From the IMG/VR virus record IMGVR_UViG_3300027051_000027, positions 1 through 56,374 of that record: a stretch of DNA of 56,374 bases. One strand, given 5' to 3'. This stretch comes from a virus. Its lineage: Duplodnaviria; Caudoviricetes. The translations under genes were made by a program, and so were the position numbers. Below the pieces are notes generated by a model. That model was not told where the DNA came from and did not search any database. It worked only from the letters and a program-made list of their open reading frames with translations. Positions 29,301 through 38,901 of the stretch are shown piece after piece. Within the stretch, counting starts at the first letter, position 1, and each line of letters opens with the position of its first letter.

Positions 29301-29326
29301 GGTGGGAGTCCCAACGCGTGTTACGG

Positions 29327-29356
29327 AAAGAAAAAGGCCGGCGCTAGTGCCGACCT
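29327..29356 (-). terminator. Terminator just downstream of the late promoter (tR'-like)
   Basis: AGGTCGGC/GCCGGCCT stem (one G-U), then TTTTCTTT. Confidence 0.65.
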
Positions 29357-29391
29357 ACTTTTGGGCGCGCGAATACGACTTCAACGCTCGC

Positions 29392-29421
29392 AGCGTACAC
29401 CCGCCTCAAGCCGGCTGTCAA
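29392..29421 (-). promoter_or_regulatory. Sigma70-type late promoter (pR'-like)
   Basis: TTGACA-N18-TACGCT on the - strand, right after the late regulator gene. Confidence 0.6.
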
Positions 29422-29433
29422 GAGCCGACGGCG

Positions 29434-29940
29434 TCACCAGCCCCTGCGTGGGGCCCGGTGTAGGGCAAAGAGCACCCACACGGCCCGCTCGAGCAGGTAG
29501 TCAAAGGCTTTGCGATGCAGATGGTTCCGGGACTTGAGAACCAGACCGGCCTTGGCTGATGCCTCCACCCAGCCCGAGGCGTCCTCGCAAAGGCCGCGGC
29601 GGTAGTAGTGGTGAAGGAGCAGATGCAGCTTCGGCTCAACCGCTCCGAGGCGCACCATGGCTCGGTCGATCGCCTTGTTTGCCAGCATGAACCGGGCCCA
29701 CTCGTCGGTGAGCTGGATGCCTTGCCCTTCTCCCCGGCCGTGCCCGCCTCCCTCGAGCTTCCGGGTGACCGTGCCTTCATGGTAGTGGTGGTAGCGCTCG
29801 AGCGCATCCCAGAGTGATTCGACATCCCTAAAATGCCACGGGCGCCCCGGCTTGGCGTGTGAGCCTGGCCCCTCGGGATGCTCGGCATCGTCATGGACAG
29901 GATCGCCTTCCTGCGGGCTCACGGCCTCCTCCCCCTCCAA
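29434..29940 (-). CDS. Late transcription regulator (Q/RinA-like)
   Basis: Last early gene; IDRAMVRL...LLLHHYYRRG plus an HTH-like C-terminus; start uncertain. Confidence 0.55.
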   Translation of the reverse strand: MEGEEAVSPQEGDPVHDDAEHPEGPGSHAKPGRPWHFRDVESLWDALERYHHYHEGTVTRKLEGGGHGRGEGQGIQLTDEWARFMLANKAIDRAMVRLGAVEPKLHLLLHHYYRRGLCEDASGWVEASAKAGLVLKSRNHLHRKAFDYLLERAVWVLFALHRAPRRGW

Positions 29941-30225
29941 ACGTGATGCTCCACTGGAGAGTTAGGCTATCAGACCGAAAAGACGACTCTCACCCCACGG
30001 CTTCGCACCAGGGGCATTCTGTCACCGGGCCACCTAACCTGCCTCGGTGTTTGCCTCACCCCCCTGAGAATCCATTTGCCCCAGTCGACGATTAGGACCC
30101 CGTCTGAACAAGTAACTTGCTCCACCTCGTTCAGCTTCTCGTGCCCGCCGCTCAAGTCAGTCCGGTGGCGTACAGGTGAGCGCGCAGACTCCAAGTCTCG
30201 GCCAGAATCGGTTACAGTTGGGACC

Positions 30226-30786
30226 ATGTCTATAGCAGCTTTCACCAGCATCGTTGGCGGGATCCTACAGGTCGTTGGGGTCATCTTCCTACTGCTCGAC
30301 CTCTACAGGGATAGTCTTCGGGACATTGGAGCTTCCATCATCTCCTTGCTCAGCAAGTGTCGTCGACTGGTGGCCAGATTAAGGAGGAGATTCCTCAAAG
30401 AACCGCACCTCCAAGTGGTACACGAGAAGACGGTAAGCGCCGCCGTGACCACGGCTGCCGCACAGGTTGCGGGAACAGGCTATGTCGACAACTGGCCTGC
30501 GCTGGATCTTGATGGTCGACTGGAGTGGATCCGTGACCGACAGAATTCTCTTGGAGACGCGCTGTCATCACTAGGTTCCCGCGTGGATCTGAAGCTTGAC
30601 GATCTTGTTGGCGCGATGAAGAAGCAACCCGAAGCGAATGAACGGGTGGTCGAAGTACTTCGCGACGAGTGGCGAACCCAGGAAGAGCGCAGGATCAAGA
30701 TCAGCAAGCGAAGTTCCATCCCCTTACTACTTGGGGTTGCTTTGTCTGCGGTGCTAGCCCCAATCCTTCAAGTCACTGTGGGCTAG
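30226..30786 (+). CDS. Moron: membrane protein (TM - coiled coil - TM)
   Basis: Opposite strand; TACAGT 7 nt before ATG 30226; hydrophobic N- and C-termini. Confidence 0.7.
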   Translation: MSIAAFTSIVGGILQVVGVIFLLLDLYRDSLRDIGASIISLLSKCRRLVARLRRRFLKEPHLQVVHEKTVSAAVTTAAAQVAGTGYVDNWPALDLDGRLEWIRDRQNSLGDALSSLGSRVDLKLDDLVGAMKKQPEANERVVEVLRDEWRTQEERRIKISKRSSIPLLLGVALSAVLAPILQVTVG

Positions 30787-30887
30787 GCACTATGGCGGTA
30801 CTATCTCTCGGTCATTTCCGATGGGTGCCACAGCTTTTCTGGCCAGCCCAGTCCCGGATGTAGACATGACCTCTGCCTGACCGCTCA

Positions 30888-31067
30888 TCACTCCTCGCAC
30901 CGAAGCGCCGTCTTCAGACTCCCCTCGGCATAGAGCAGCCAGGCGGAGGTCATGGCAAGGGCCTCGCGGCGCAGGCTACCCACGTCCCCCGCCTTAACCG
31001 CCTCCTCAAGATCCCGGCGACCGGCGGCGACGATCTCGAGCATGGCCTGGATCTGCTCGGTGGTCAT
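30888..31067 (-). CDS. Small hypothetical protein
   Basis: 59-aa helical ORF (MTTEQIQAML) with a GAGG RBS. Confidence 0.45.
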   Translation of the reverse strand: MTTEQIQAMLEIVAAGRRDLEEAVKAGDVGSLRREALAMTSAWLLYAEGSLKTALRCEE

Positions 31068-31321
31068 GCCAAAGAACCTCGGCCTACCCACCCCTTGCCA
31101 GGAAGCTCGGGAGGATGAGGGGGGCGACAGTGAGGCAACGCTTGGGCTCCTCCTCCCCCAGCGCATCGGTGGGCCCCAGCTTGGCACTGCGCCTCGTCGT
31201 GGCCACCCGCCGGCCCCCGCCGACCCAGTCCTTCATCCTCCCCAGCGTTGCTCCTGCCATCACCTACTCCCTTCCACAAAACGTTGCATTTCTATGGCGT
31301 GCAATATGCCGTGCATAAACG

Positions 31322-31828
31322 CTAGCCCGGTCCTCCATCGCCGAGCAGGCCCCGAGCCCCATCGCGCAGCAGTGACGGCAGCACCGCCTCCCGGACAGTC
31401 CGTTCCTGCACCTGCCCGTACATGCGCAGGAACTGGCCCCGCAGCACATCGACCTCCTCGCACAGGTTGATGTCCCGCCAGCCGATCATTTCCGCCACTC
31501 GGCGGGTGGCGGGCGACAGGCTGGCCATACCTTCGGACTCGCGGTAGTAGCCATGCCGGCGCACCGCTGCCATGAGCTCACCCCAGGCCTCGGCGGCGGT
31601 GGAACCGTCCGGGGCCATAAGGGCGGCGGCGTGCTCTCGGATCTCTGCGACCGACGGGGCAAAGCGCGAGCTCATCACGTGGCGCCTGACCGCGGTAATC
31701 GCGAGCCCATAGTCCAGGTCGCCCAGCATCTCGAACCAGAGAGCATCCCGGGTCTCTGTCACCTCGAAGCTGGGGTAGGCGGCAACGACGACGGCCATCA
31801 GCCTCGAGACTTCAGATCGCTTCACCAC
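31322..31828 (-). CDS. Replicative helicase loader/inhibitor (G39P-like)
   Basis: AYPSF...LWFEMLGDLDY...FAPSVAEIR...AAEAWGE; follows the initiator. Confidence 0.8.
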   Translation of the reverse strand: MVKRSEVSRLMAVVVAAYPSFEVTETRDALWFEMLGDLDYGLAITAVRRHVMSSRFAPSVAEIREHAAALMAPDGSTAAEAWGELMAAVRRHGYYRESEGMASLSPATRRVAEMIGWRDINLCEEVDVLRGQFLRMYGQVQERTVREAVLPSLLRDGARGLLGDGGPG

Positions 31829-32954
31829 ATGCCTCCTCCAGCTCGTGTCGCCGCACCAGGTCCAGTGCTTGATCCACGTTCCGGCGCGATGTTGAAGGCG
31901 GAGAGCGGTTGTCGTGGACGCCCTCCAAGATCCGCTGCATGTTCTTGGGCTCGAGAATCCAGTCTAGGTCCGCCCGCCAGCCCTTCACTCGACCGGCAAG
32001 GAAGTCGGAGGCCTCGACGCGCACGAAGAAGGCGCGCAGCCCCTCCTCCCCCATTTGGGCACACGCCCGCTTCAGACGATCGCGTCTGGTGCCCTTGAGT
32101 TTCTGCACTCGGGGGAGCGAGGGGCACAGTTCGTGGTATAGCGCCGCCAGGACCTCAGGAGATGGCGACCGCCCTTTCGGCGGCGGTTTCTTTTTCGCCG
32201 GCGTTGACGGGAGGTGTTCTTGAGGCGGGTGGGGGGCTCTTTGGGCGGCCTCCGACTCCTCCTCCCCGAAGTCCACATCCGCGAAGTCATCGCCTGAGTC
32301 TGGAGGGTTTTCCACAGGCGCGTCCTCCGCCGGATTCTCTTCCGGCGAGGACACGTCCCTACTACCACCAGGCTTCGTATCATCTGGAGGTTGAGTGGGA
32401 GATTGGAGACTGGAGATTGGAGCTGGAGGTGGCCCGCACTGTGCCCGAGACCCTCCCCCAGACCGTGGGGTAGACCCTCCCCCACACCCTCCCGGATAGC
32501 GGTCGGGCATCTGGGCAAGCAGCACTTTGGCGAGAACCGGACGGTAGACCTCCGCGAGTTCCAGAAGCCGTCGAAAGAGCCCGCTTTTCGGCAACTCCGC
32601 CAGTTGCTTGACCCCAGCTTTCGCATGATCCTCGTTGTCCGGCGCCTGATACTGAAGCGCGTTTACGATCAGGCACAAACGAGCTCGGCCGTCGTACTCC
32701 ATGAAGCCCTCATCTAGCAGTTGCTGGAAAGGCTCGGCCAAGCGGTCGGCATCCCATCCAAGGTCGTCTAGGATGTAGCCCTTGGGCAGCCGGAACAGCC
32801 CCTCCAGGTTCCGATGAGGGCAGGTGAGAATGTAGAGGGCGAGATACCGGGTGTCCTGATCCCACTCCACAACCTTCTCGTCAGTCCAGAAGGCTGGCGA
32901 GACTCGCCAGTAGGGGCGCTTCCGCCCTGCTATGGTGACGGTGGCTTCAGCCAA
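31812..32954 (-). CDS. Phage replication initiator
   Basis: FWTDEKV...YLALYILT N-terminal wHTH, low-complexity linker, C-terminal SDFLAG...WRADLDWIL. Confidence 0.8.
   Translation of the reverse strand: MAEATVTIAGRKRPYWRVSPAFWTDEKVVEWDQDTRYLALYILTCPHRNLEGLFRLPKGYILDDLGWDADRLAEPFQQLLDEGFMEYDGRARLCLIVNALQYQAPDNEDHAKAGVKQLAELPKSGLFRRLLELAEVYRPVLAKVLLAQMPDRYPGGCGGGSTPRSGGGSRAQCGPPPAPISSLQSPTQPPDDTKPGGSRDVSSPEENPAEDAPVENPPDSGDDFADVDFGEEESEAAQRAPHPPQEHLPSTPAKKKPPPKGRSPSPEVLAALYHELCPSLPRVQKLKGTRRDRLKRACAQMGEEGLRAFFVRVEASDFLAGRVKGWRADLDWILEPKNMQRILEGVHDNRSPPSTSRRNVDQALDLVRRHELEEACGEAI
32398..32493. repeat. Iteron-like repeats inside the initiator gene (candidate ori)
   Basis: GGAGA(T/C)T x3 plus two degenerate copies (32398-32429); AGACCCTCCCCCA x2 (32448, 32472) plus a partial third. 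Confidence 0.45.
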
Positions 32955-33061
32955 GGCTCCCCCCTTCTTCCCGGTTCTCGCATTTGCTCACAAGACAGCG
33001 GCGTGGCTTCTTCGACAGACGGGGTGAAGCAGCAGACGTCAGCCGCGTGGAGAGCTTCTCA

Positions 33062-33310
33062 CTACCTGACACCGCACACCTCCACTCCTCGGGGGTGTGT
33101 CACCATAGCGTCACGTGCGCACGATGCAAGCCAATCTCGGAGCCGTCTTTCCTGCCGTGCCTCAAGCGGGTCGTCCCCGCGGATGATCCTGCTGGCAGAC
33201 GCGCGACTTGCGCCGATGATGCTCCCCAGCTCATCGCAGGTCATGAGCTCGAGGGTGTGCTCGATCGGCCGGGAGAGAAGCTCCTCTGAAGTGTAGAAGC
33301 TGGGCTTCAT
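33062..33310 (-). CDS. Small HTH protein
   Basis: TCDELGSIIGASRASASRIIRG. Confidence 0.6.
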   Translation of the reverse strand: MKPSFYTSEELLSRPIEHTLELMTCDELGSIIGASRASASRIIRGDDPLEARQERRLRDWLASCARDAMVTHPRGVEVCGVR

Positions 33311-33588
33311 TGCCCCGTCCCTTCCTCCGTATCCTCGACCTTCGTTCCGCAGTCCGGGCACGTCATGACAAACCCGGCCATGCGCACCCGCTCAAGGCAC
33401 GAGACCCCTCCGCAACCCGGGCACCGATAGCGAAAGTCGGGGCGGCGGTGGTAGTGCCCGCAGAGCGCGCACCTGCCGTGAAAGCGTCCGCCCGCGGGAG
33501 CAGGCCCAAGAAGCGGTGGCGGGATCCGGTGCCGCTCGGCCAGCGCTCGGCGCCGGGCGGAATGGCGAAAGGCCTGTCGGGAACTCAT
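33307..33588 (-). CDS. Zn-ribbon protein
   Basis: CALC, CPGC, CPDC. Confidence 0.6.
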   Translation of the reverse strand: MSSRQAFRHSARRRALAERHRIPPPLLGPAPAGGRFHGRCALCGHYHRRPDFRYRCPGCGGVSCLERVRMAGFVMTCPDCGTKVEDTEEGTGQ

Positions 33589-33989
33589 GGGGCGCCTCCT
33601 TGGGGTGGGAATCGGTAGAGCTCCATGGTGATCAGAGTCAGGGGCTTCGCGCCGGGGATGATCCTGGGAGTGTGAAAGTCGCAGTGCTCGGCCGTATCAT
33701 CAGGGATGATGTGGCACCACACGAGCACGTCCTGGAACCACTTCTTAAGCACGGCGCCCATGTTGTCTGAGTCCCGCCGGCGGACGTCCGGATACATAAG
33801 GACGGCGTGGATATCGACGCGATCAAACCCTCGAGGGCAGGCGTTCCCCTCCTTGTTGAGCTCGGCGTTATAGACCCTCTGGAAGACCTCGCGCTGGCTT
33901 TTGCGTTTGGTCCAGTGCCAGGTTCGCCATTCGTTTAAGGAAGGCGCCATCTCCGGGAAGGAGCAGACGTAGATAACGGGCCCGGTCAT
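33585..33989 (-). CDS. rusA: RusA-like Holliday junction resolvase
   Basis: PSLN, RRRDSDN...K...D.L...IIPDD acidic motifs. Confidence 0.7.
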   Translation of the reverse strand: MTGPVIYVCSFPEMAPSLNEWRTWHWTKRKSQREVFQRVYNAELNKEGNACPRGFDRVDIHAVLMYPDVRRRDSDNMGAVLKKWFQDVLVWCHIIPDDTAEHCDFHTPRIIPGAKPLTLITMELYRFPPQGGAP

Positions 33990-34302
33990 CGCGCCCAGAG
34001 CTCCCGCCAGGCCGCCCGGCACGCCGCGACCAAGACGAGAAGCCGCCAGAGGGCAAGGCCTCCGGCCAGAAGATCATCTCCAAGAGCACGCGGGGCCGGG
34101 GGGACCCAACCGATGCGCATCAGAAGATCTCGGAGCCCCCGGTCCGGGCTGCACCCTTCGCCCGGCCAGAGCGGCCGCCCTGGCTGGGGCGAAGGCGCGT
34201 TTGAAAGCCCACGGGTTGCGGGGAGGCAGCTCCCATGGGGGGTCCGAACCATGTCAGCGGTACAAAGGTTCGGATCCCCTTCTCGCCCGTGGTGCGGCTC
34301 GA

Positions 34303-34533
34303 TCATGACCTCACCCCGCCTGCCTCCAGATGAGCCCACCCCAGCGGCCCCAGGCACTTGCCGAACGGACCGGGAAGGCTGACGATCTCATCGAAGTATC
34401 GGCGCATGGCATCCTCGGCCGTCTCCTTGCTTGCCCGGGCGCAGAAGGCGCAGATGCGTAGCGCGCGTGCCGGAACAGGACCGGATCGATACGAACAAAA
34501 GCAGTCGCCCCCACAGGGCGCGCGGGCCGTCAT
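34303..34533 (-). CDS. Small Cys-rich hypothetical protein
   Basis: CxxxCxC...CAFC; GGGGGAG RBS. Confidence 0.45.
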   Translation of the reverse strand: MTARAPCGGDCFCSYRSGPVPARALRICAFCARASKETAEDAMRRYFDEIVSLPGPFGKCLGPLGWAHLEAGGVRS

Positions 34534-34611
34534 ATGCTCCCCCTGTCCTTCCCGATCCTCGCGGGCTCGAGCATCATCTGAGTTTGGATCCTACGGCCTG
34601 GGCGCACGGCC

Positions 34612-35214
34612 TCACTCCTCCTCAAACAGGGTGGGTTGCCGAAACGCCTGCTCCGCCCATTTGAGATCCCTGGTCCAGGCTCCATATTCCTGGAGCTCGA
34701 ACACGAATCCCTCGAAGTCGTGAGGGTCGACCCGAGGCTGGTAGTCTTCGGTCGCTGCGGTGTGAAGAAGCTCGTGAAAGATGAGCGCCTCCATATCGCG
34801 AAAGGTAATATGCGAGTTGCGGCAGTGATCCGCGGCGGCCCAGATGACAAAGTCCACCCCGGAGAAGTTCCGAAGAAGACCGGCCGTCTTCTGACAACGC
34901 CCGAGCGTCGCCTTGCCTCTGGTCTTCCCACCCCTTGCCCGCCAGCGGAAGCCGACCGCAAAGTTCTTAAGGAACCCGAACCGCGTCTCGTGCTTGGCGA
35001 TCAATCGATGGGCACAGGCTTCGAGATCCGCCCCGCCAATGAAGTCGAGCGTCTCCCCTTCTTCGGTCTTAAACGCATCCTCCGAGGGTACCGGGTAAGG
35101 ATCTCGGGGCCCGTGCGGAATCAGCCACAGATCCTCCGCGTCAGGCATCTCTCGGGCCAGAGGTTCGGCAATAGCTAAACCTCTACTAGACCCTTGGTGT
35201 TCCCCATCTGACAT
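34612..35214 (-). CDS. Putative phage metallopeptidase
   Basis: ALIFHELLH zincin motif and HDFEGF...YG. Confidence 0.8.
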   Translation of the reverse strand: MSDGEHQGSSRGLAIAEPLAREMPDAEDLWLIPHGPRDPYPVPSEDAFKTEEGETLDFIGGADLEACAHRLIAKHETRFGFLKNFAVGFRWRARGGKTRGKATLGRCQKTAGLLRNFSGVDFVIWAAADHCRNSHITFRDMEALIFHELLHTAATEDYQPRVDPHDFEGFVFELQEYGAWTRDLKWAEQAFRQPTLFEEE

Positions 35215-35232
35215 CGCTTTCTCCTCCCCGTG

Positions 35233-35838
35233 TTAGCTCGTGGCTCGCCCACTCATGACAGAGCGCTCGAGCTCGGTAAGATCCCACGCTGCTCTTATGG
35301 CGTAGAGATCTCCTCCGAGGAACTCGAGCAGGTATGGATCCCGGTCCGGGGTGGCAAAGAGACTCCGCTCCGACCAGTGCTCGACCTCCCAGAGGATGTA
35401 GCGGTAGGGAAGATCGGCGACCGGGATCTCAAGATCGGCCGGCACCAGGGGTACCAGGGCAAAACCTCGAGGGCGATAGGTCAATCCCTGCGGGATCGGG
35501 GGCATCTTGCGGAACTCGATCGAGGTGACCAGGGAGTCCGAGGAGCGCCGGCTGCGTCGGGTGTCAAAGACTCCCACCGGCTGATTCCAGTGCCAGCTGA
35601 ACTCCACCTGGCGCCGATCGGCCCGCGCGACCGCTAGGCGCGGTCGCCCCTTCTCGTCAAACCCGCCACCGCTGATCACCTCGGTTAAGTTGATCAGCGG
35701 TGTTCCTTCGGCCATGGCCTCGTATCCGGCGGCGATCTGCTCGTACTCTTCATCGGCTCGCCGGCGCAGAGCCTTCTGGTAGGCCTCAAGCTTAGATTGA
35801 GCTTCCTCTCTCGGCATGGTGATTGTGGCTACGTCCAT
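35233..35838 (-). CDS. Hypothetical early protein
   Basis: 201 aa, AAGGAGG RBS, DPYLL...AAWDLTELE C-terminus. Confidence 0.7.
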   Translation of the reverse strand: MDVATITMPREEAQSKLEAYQKALRRRADEEYEQIAAGYEAMAEGTPLINLTEVISGGGFDEKGRPRLAVARADRRQVEFSWHWNQPVGVFDTRRSRRSSDSLVTSIEFRKMPPIPQGLTYRPRGFALVPLVPADLEIPVADLPYRYILWEVEHWSERSLFATPDRDPYLLEFLGGDLYAIRAAWDLTELERSVMSGRATS

Positions 35839-35925
35839 GGCTCCTCCTTGTCAACCGATGCTCGTGCTCGCGGCCGTCGTTGCCTGGCGTCTCCCGGTGC
35901 CCCTGCCGGTCGACCGACTCGGCCT

Positions 35926-36348
35926 TCATGAGCCCCCTTCCAGAGTCAGTTGCCTTATGCGCTGGGCGAGATCTTCAGCGCGCACGGTCGTCGCCTGCGG
36001 CCGGAGCCGGGCCTTCCTCGCCTCCTGCGCCGCTCGTTTCATGTGCTCCCGGACATGCCGGGCGGAGGCTTCGTCCGGATCGGGCAGACGGGGGTCGCGC
36101 TTCCAGCCTCGAGGCGCTTCCCCGGTAACCGGGTTGACGGGCCCGAGATCAAACAGGGTCTCCCCGTCCAGAAGCGCGCCGCACCACATCTGGCCGGCGT
36201 CCACGCCCAGGCGCAGTAGCTCCTGGTCTGTGGCGCCCTGGGCGCGGGCCCGACGCTGGGCTGCGCGCACCATGTCGCGAACCAGACCAGCGAGCTCAGA
36301 GCCCAGGACGTCATCAAGACTTGAGGGAGGCAAGGCGAGCGCGCTCAT
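35926..36348 (-). CDS. Hypothetical early protein
   Basis: 140 aa within a translationally coupled chain. Confidence 0.6.
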   Translation of the reverse strand: MSALALPPSSLDDVLGSELAGLVRDMVRAAQRRARAQGATDQELLRLGVDAGQMWCGALLDGETLFDLGPVNPVTGEAPRGWKRDPRLPDPDEASARHVREHMKRAAQEARKARLRPQATTVRAEDLAQRIRQLTLEGGS

Positions 36349-36461
36349 GGAAACGCTCCGCCCGCAAACGGCTCCCAGACGGTAATGGCGGCAATCCAGG
36401 CAGCGAGAAGGACTATCCCGATGGCAAACCCGATCAGCATCTCGCGGGTCTCAGGGCTCAT
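36345..36461 (-). CDS. 38-aa single-TM peptide (not in the ORF track)
   Basis: MSPETREMLIGFAIGIVLLAAWIAAITVWEPFAGGAFP; ATGA overlaps on both sides. Confidence 0.6.
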   Translation of the reverse strand: MSPETREMLIGFAIGIVLLAAWIAAITVWEPFAGGAFP

Positions 36462-36667
36462 GTGGTCTCCGCTGCGCGCAGCACCAACTGCTTTGCCAGT
36501 CTCAGGCCGTGGGTCTGCCCCAGGTGCGTGCCGTCGTACCAGGCGTCGAAAAGGGTGACGCCACGTCCGGCCAGGTAGCGCTGCACGTTGCCGCGCCCGT
36601 CATCGGTCTCCCACACCTTCTTCCACCTAAGGCGCGCCGGCGGGATGAGGGCTTCTCGCGCCCTCAT
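36458..36667 (-). CDS. Small hypothetical protein
   Basis: 69 aa, ATGA-coupled to SbcC. Confidence 0.55.
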   Translation of the reverse strand: MRAREALIPPARLRWKKVWETDDGRGNVQRYLAGRGVTLFDAWYDGTHLGQTHGLRLAKQLVLRAAETT

Positions 36668-38901
36668 GCGAGCACCTCCACATGGCTCAAGCCCTCGTCG
36701 TCTAGGCTGAAATTGATCTGGCTGGGAAGCGCGTCTTTTAGGTCCGGGTAGTGGCTACACAGAAGCACCAGCCCCAGCTCCTGGCTGAGGCCACCCAGGA
36801 TCCGCATGAGATAGGAGCGGCCGGTCAGGTCGAGCCCCTCGGGTTCGTCGATGAACGCCATGTCGATCTGCGCGCCACTCCGATGCGCGAGTAGTCTGGC
36901 GAGCGCCAGACGCATGGACGAGGCGACCCGATAGCGCTGGCCCCCACTGAAGGACTCGAATCGTCTCCAGAAGCGGCCGTTATGCACCATGATCTCGAGC
37001 GAGTCCCGGCTCTCTCCGCTCTGAAGTACCTTCTCCATGTCGAAGCGGACGCCAAATCCCCCGTTGTAGGCGGCCAGGATCTCGTTTACGTGCGCCTCAA
37101 GGGCCTCGAGCACGTTGGCGATGATGAGGGTCTGCACTCCCTTGTTGCCGAAGTGGGCCTTAAGTAGTTCGAAGTCACCCAGGTCCCGCTCGTCGGCCTT
37201 GATGGCCGCTCGGAACTCCTCTGCCAGGCGCTCGCGTTCGCCCAGACCGCCGAGCGTTTCCTCGTGCCGCGCGACCGCCCGCTCAAGTTCCGTCTGCCGA
37301 GCGCGCAGGTCAGGAAGGGTGTTCTCGGCGTCGGTGACCGCCCGGTCGGCATCAGCCGCGGCCTGGATCGCCTCCTCGGCAGAATGGGCCTCCCGAAGAG
37401 CCGCCTCTAGCTCGCGGTCGTCGCTCCACTCGGCCGAGGCTTTTTCCATCTCGGCCCGCACCACCTGGGCTCGCTCCTCGCACACCCTGATCTCGGCCAG
37501 CTGGGCCGGGATGCGGCTCAGCTTCTCCAGCGCGTTCTGGATCTGGACCACCCGGGCGGGTTTGCCACTACCCGGCGGCACCGCCGCCAGCTTTGCTTCC
37601 TGGTCCTGGAGCTCTGCCTTCCGCTCGGCGAGCTGCGCGCGCAGGTTCTCCACCTCGAGCCCTAAGGTGGCGGCGCTCTTGCCCACCTCGTCGTTCTCGG
37701 CGCGCAGTTGCTCCAGCGTGCGGGCCAGTGCTTCATCGGCTATCGGCTGGCCGCAGCGATCGCAGATCGGGGCTTTGGCGTCTTCGATCTCTCTTATGCG
37801 CGCCTGCAGACTCGCGCGGCGACCTCGGAGTTGGTCGAGTTCGTCTGCCTTCGGTTTCCCCTGGCTCACGGTGGAGGCAATGGCCGCCTTGGTAGCCGCA
37901 ATCTCGGCGGCAAGTACGGCGCGCTCTTGACCCAGGGCCGCATCTGCTCGCTCGGCGGCTTCCAGCGCCGCCAGTTCCGCCCGAAGGGATTCTCGGCCAA
38001 GAAGATCGGCCTCGAGCTGGTCTTTTCCGGCGACCCGCCTCTCGAGCTGCTGACATTCCCTCTCCAGGGCCTCGCGTCGTTCGCCTATGGCCTCACGTCG
38101 CCTGCGAAGCTCGCCTGCGCGCACCTGGGCGGTCTTGGCTTCGGCCAGGCCGTCGTGGGCCACTCGGGCGCGCTCGCGGGCGCGCTTTAGCTGCTCCTCG
38201 GCGCTTGCCAACTGGGCCGTTACGGTTTCCAGAGTCTGGGTCGAGCCCTGGAGTTCGATCTCGCGAGCCTTCAGCCCGGCGATCTCTTCTTCCAGGCGCG
38301 CGAGATCCCGACGGGCGGTATCGAGCGCTGCGCGTTTCTCGCTGGCTAGACCCTTGAAGTGCTTCTCGATCGGGCGGTAGGTTTCATCTATCCGAAGGAT
38401 CTTGGCGATCGAATCGATCCTCTCCCCCGCCGGCAGCCGAAAGAAGGCACCGCTGTCTTCTTGACCGATGAAGTTGGTGAGCAGGAGGGTCTTCTCGTCG
38501 ATGCCCAGGATCTGCCGCAGCTGCCTTTCGGTGCTGACAACGCCGCTTCCCTCCGGGCGCCAGCGGTCAGCCTCGCAGGTCCAGCTTTCGCGTTCCGAGA
38601 CCAGCTCCAAGGTGCTGGTGGTGCTCTCGCCCCGAATGGATACGGTGCGGGTGGCCTTATACGTCTTGCCCCCGGCAAGGAAGGTCTCGGCTACCCGGCA
38701 CTCCTCGGTCCCGTCTCGCACGAACTCGGGAAGGTCCCTGAGCGAACGGCAACCGGTGAGCGGAAACAGGATCGCCTCTCCCAAGCTGGACTTGCCGCTA
38801 CCGTTCTCTCCTTGAAGGCTGTAGATCTTCGAGGTGCCAAGATCGATGTCCGCGTCGGCAAAGGATTTGAAGTTGTGGAGCTCCAGACGCGTGGGCCTCA
38901 T
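36664..38901 (-). CDS. sbcC: SbcC/Rad50 SMC-like ATPase
   Basis: Walker A GENGSGKSS, coiled coils, CDRC hook, FSGGQ signature, FIDE Walker B. Confidence 0.92.
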   Translation of the reverse strand: MRPTRLELHNFKSFADADIDLGTSKIYSLQGENGSGKSSLGEAILFPLTGCRSLRDLPEFVRDGTEECRVAETFLAGGKTYKATRTVSIRGESTTSTLELVSERESWTCEADRWRPEGSGVVSTERQLRQILGIDEKTLLLTNFIGQEDSGAFFRLPAGERIDSIAKILRIDETYRPIEKHFKGLASEKRAALDTARRDLARLEEEIAGLKAREIELQGSTQTLETVTAQLASAEEQLKRARERARVAHDGLAEAKTAQVRAGELRRRREAIGERREALERECQQLERRVAGKDQLEADLLGRESLRAELAALEAAERADAALGQERAVLAAEIAATKAAIASTVSQGKPKADELDQLRGRRASLQARIREIEDAKAPICDRCGQPIADEALARTLEQLRAENDEVGKSAATLGLEVENLRAQLAERKAELQDQEAKLAAVPPGSGKPARVVQIQNALEKLSRIPAQLAEIRVCEERAQVVRAEMEKASAEWSDDRELEAALREAHSAEEAIQAAADADRAVTDAENTLPDLRARQTELERAVARHEETLGGLGERERLAEEFRAAIKADERDLGDFELLKAHFGNKGVQTLIIANVLEALEAHVNEILAAYNGGFGVRFDMEKVLQSGESRDSLEIMVHNGRFWRRFESFSGGQRYRVASSMRLALARLLAHRSGAQIDMAFIDEPEGLDLTGRSYLMRILGGLSQELGLVLLCSHYPDLKDALPSQINFSLDDEGLSHVEVLA

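Noticed and set aside
32398-32493. CRISPR-like array
   Set aside because: Repeats are 7-13 bp with no unique spacers and no cas genes; no array seen anywhere in the window.
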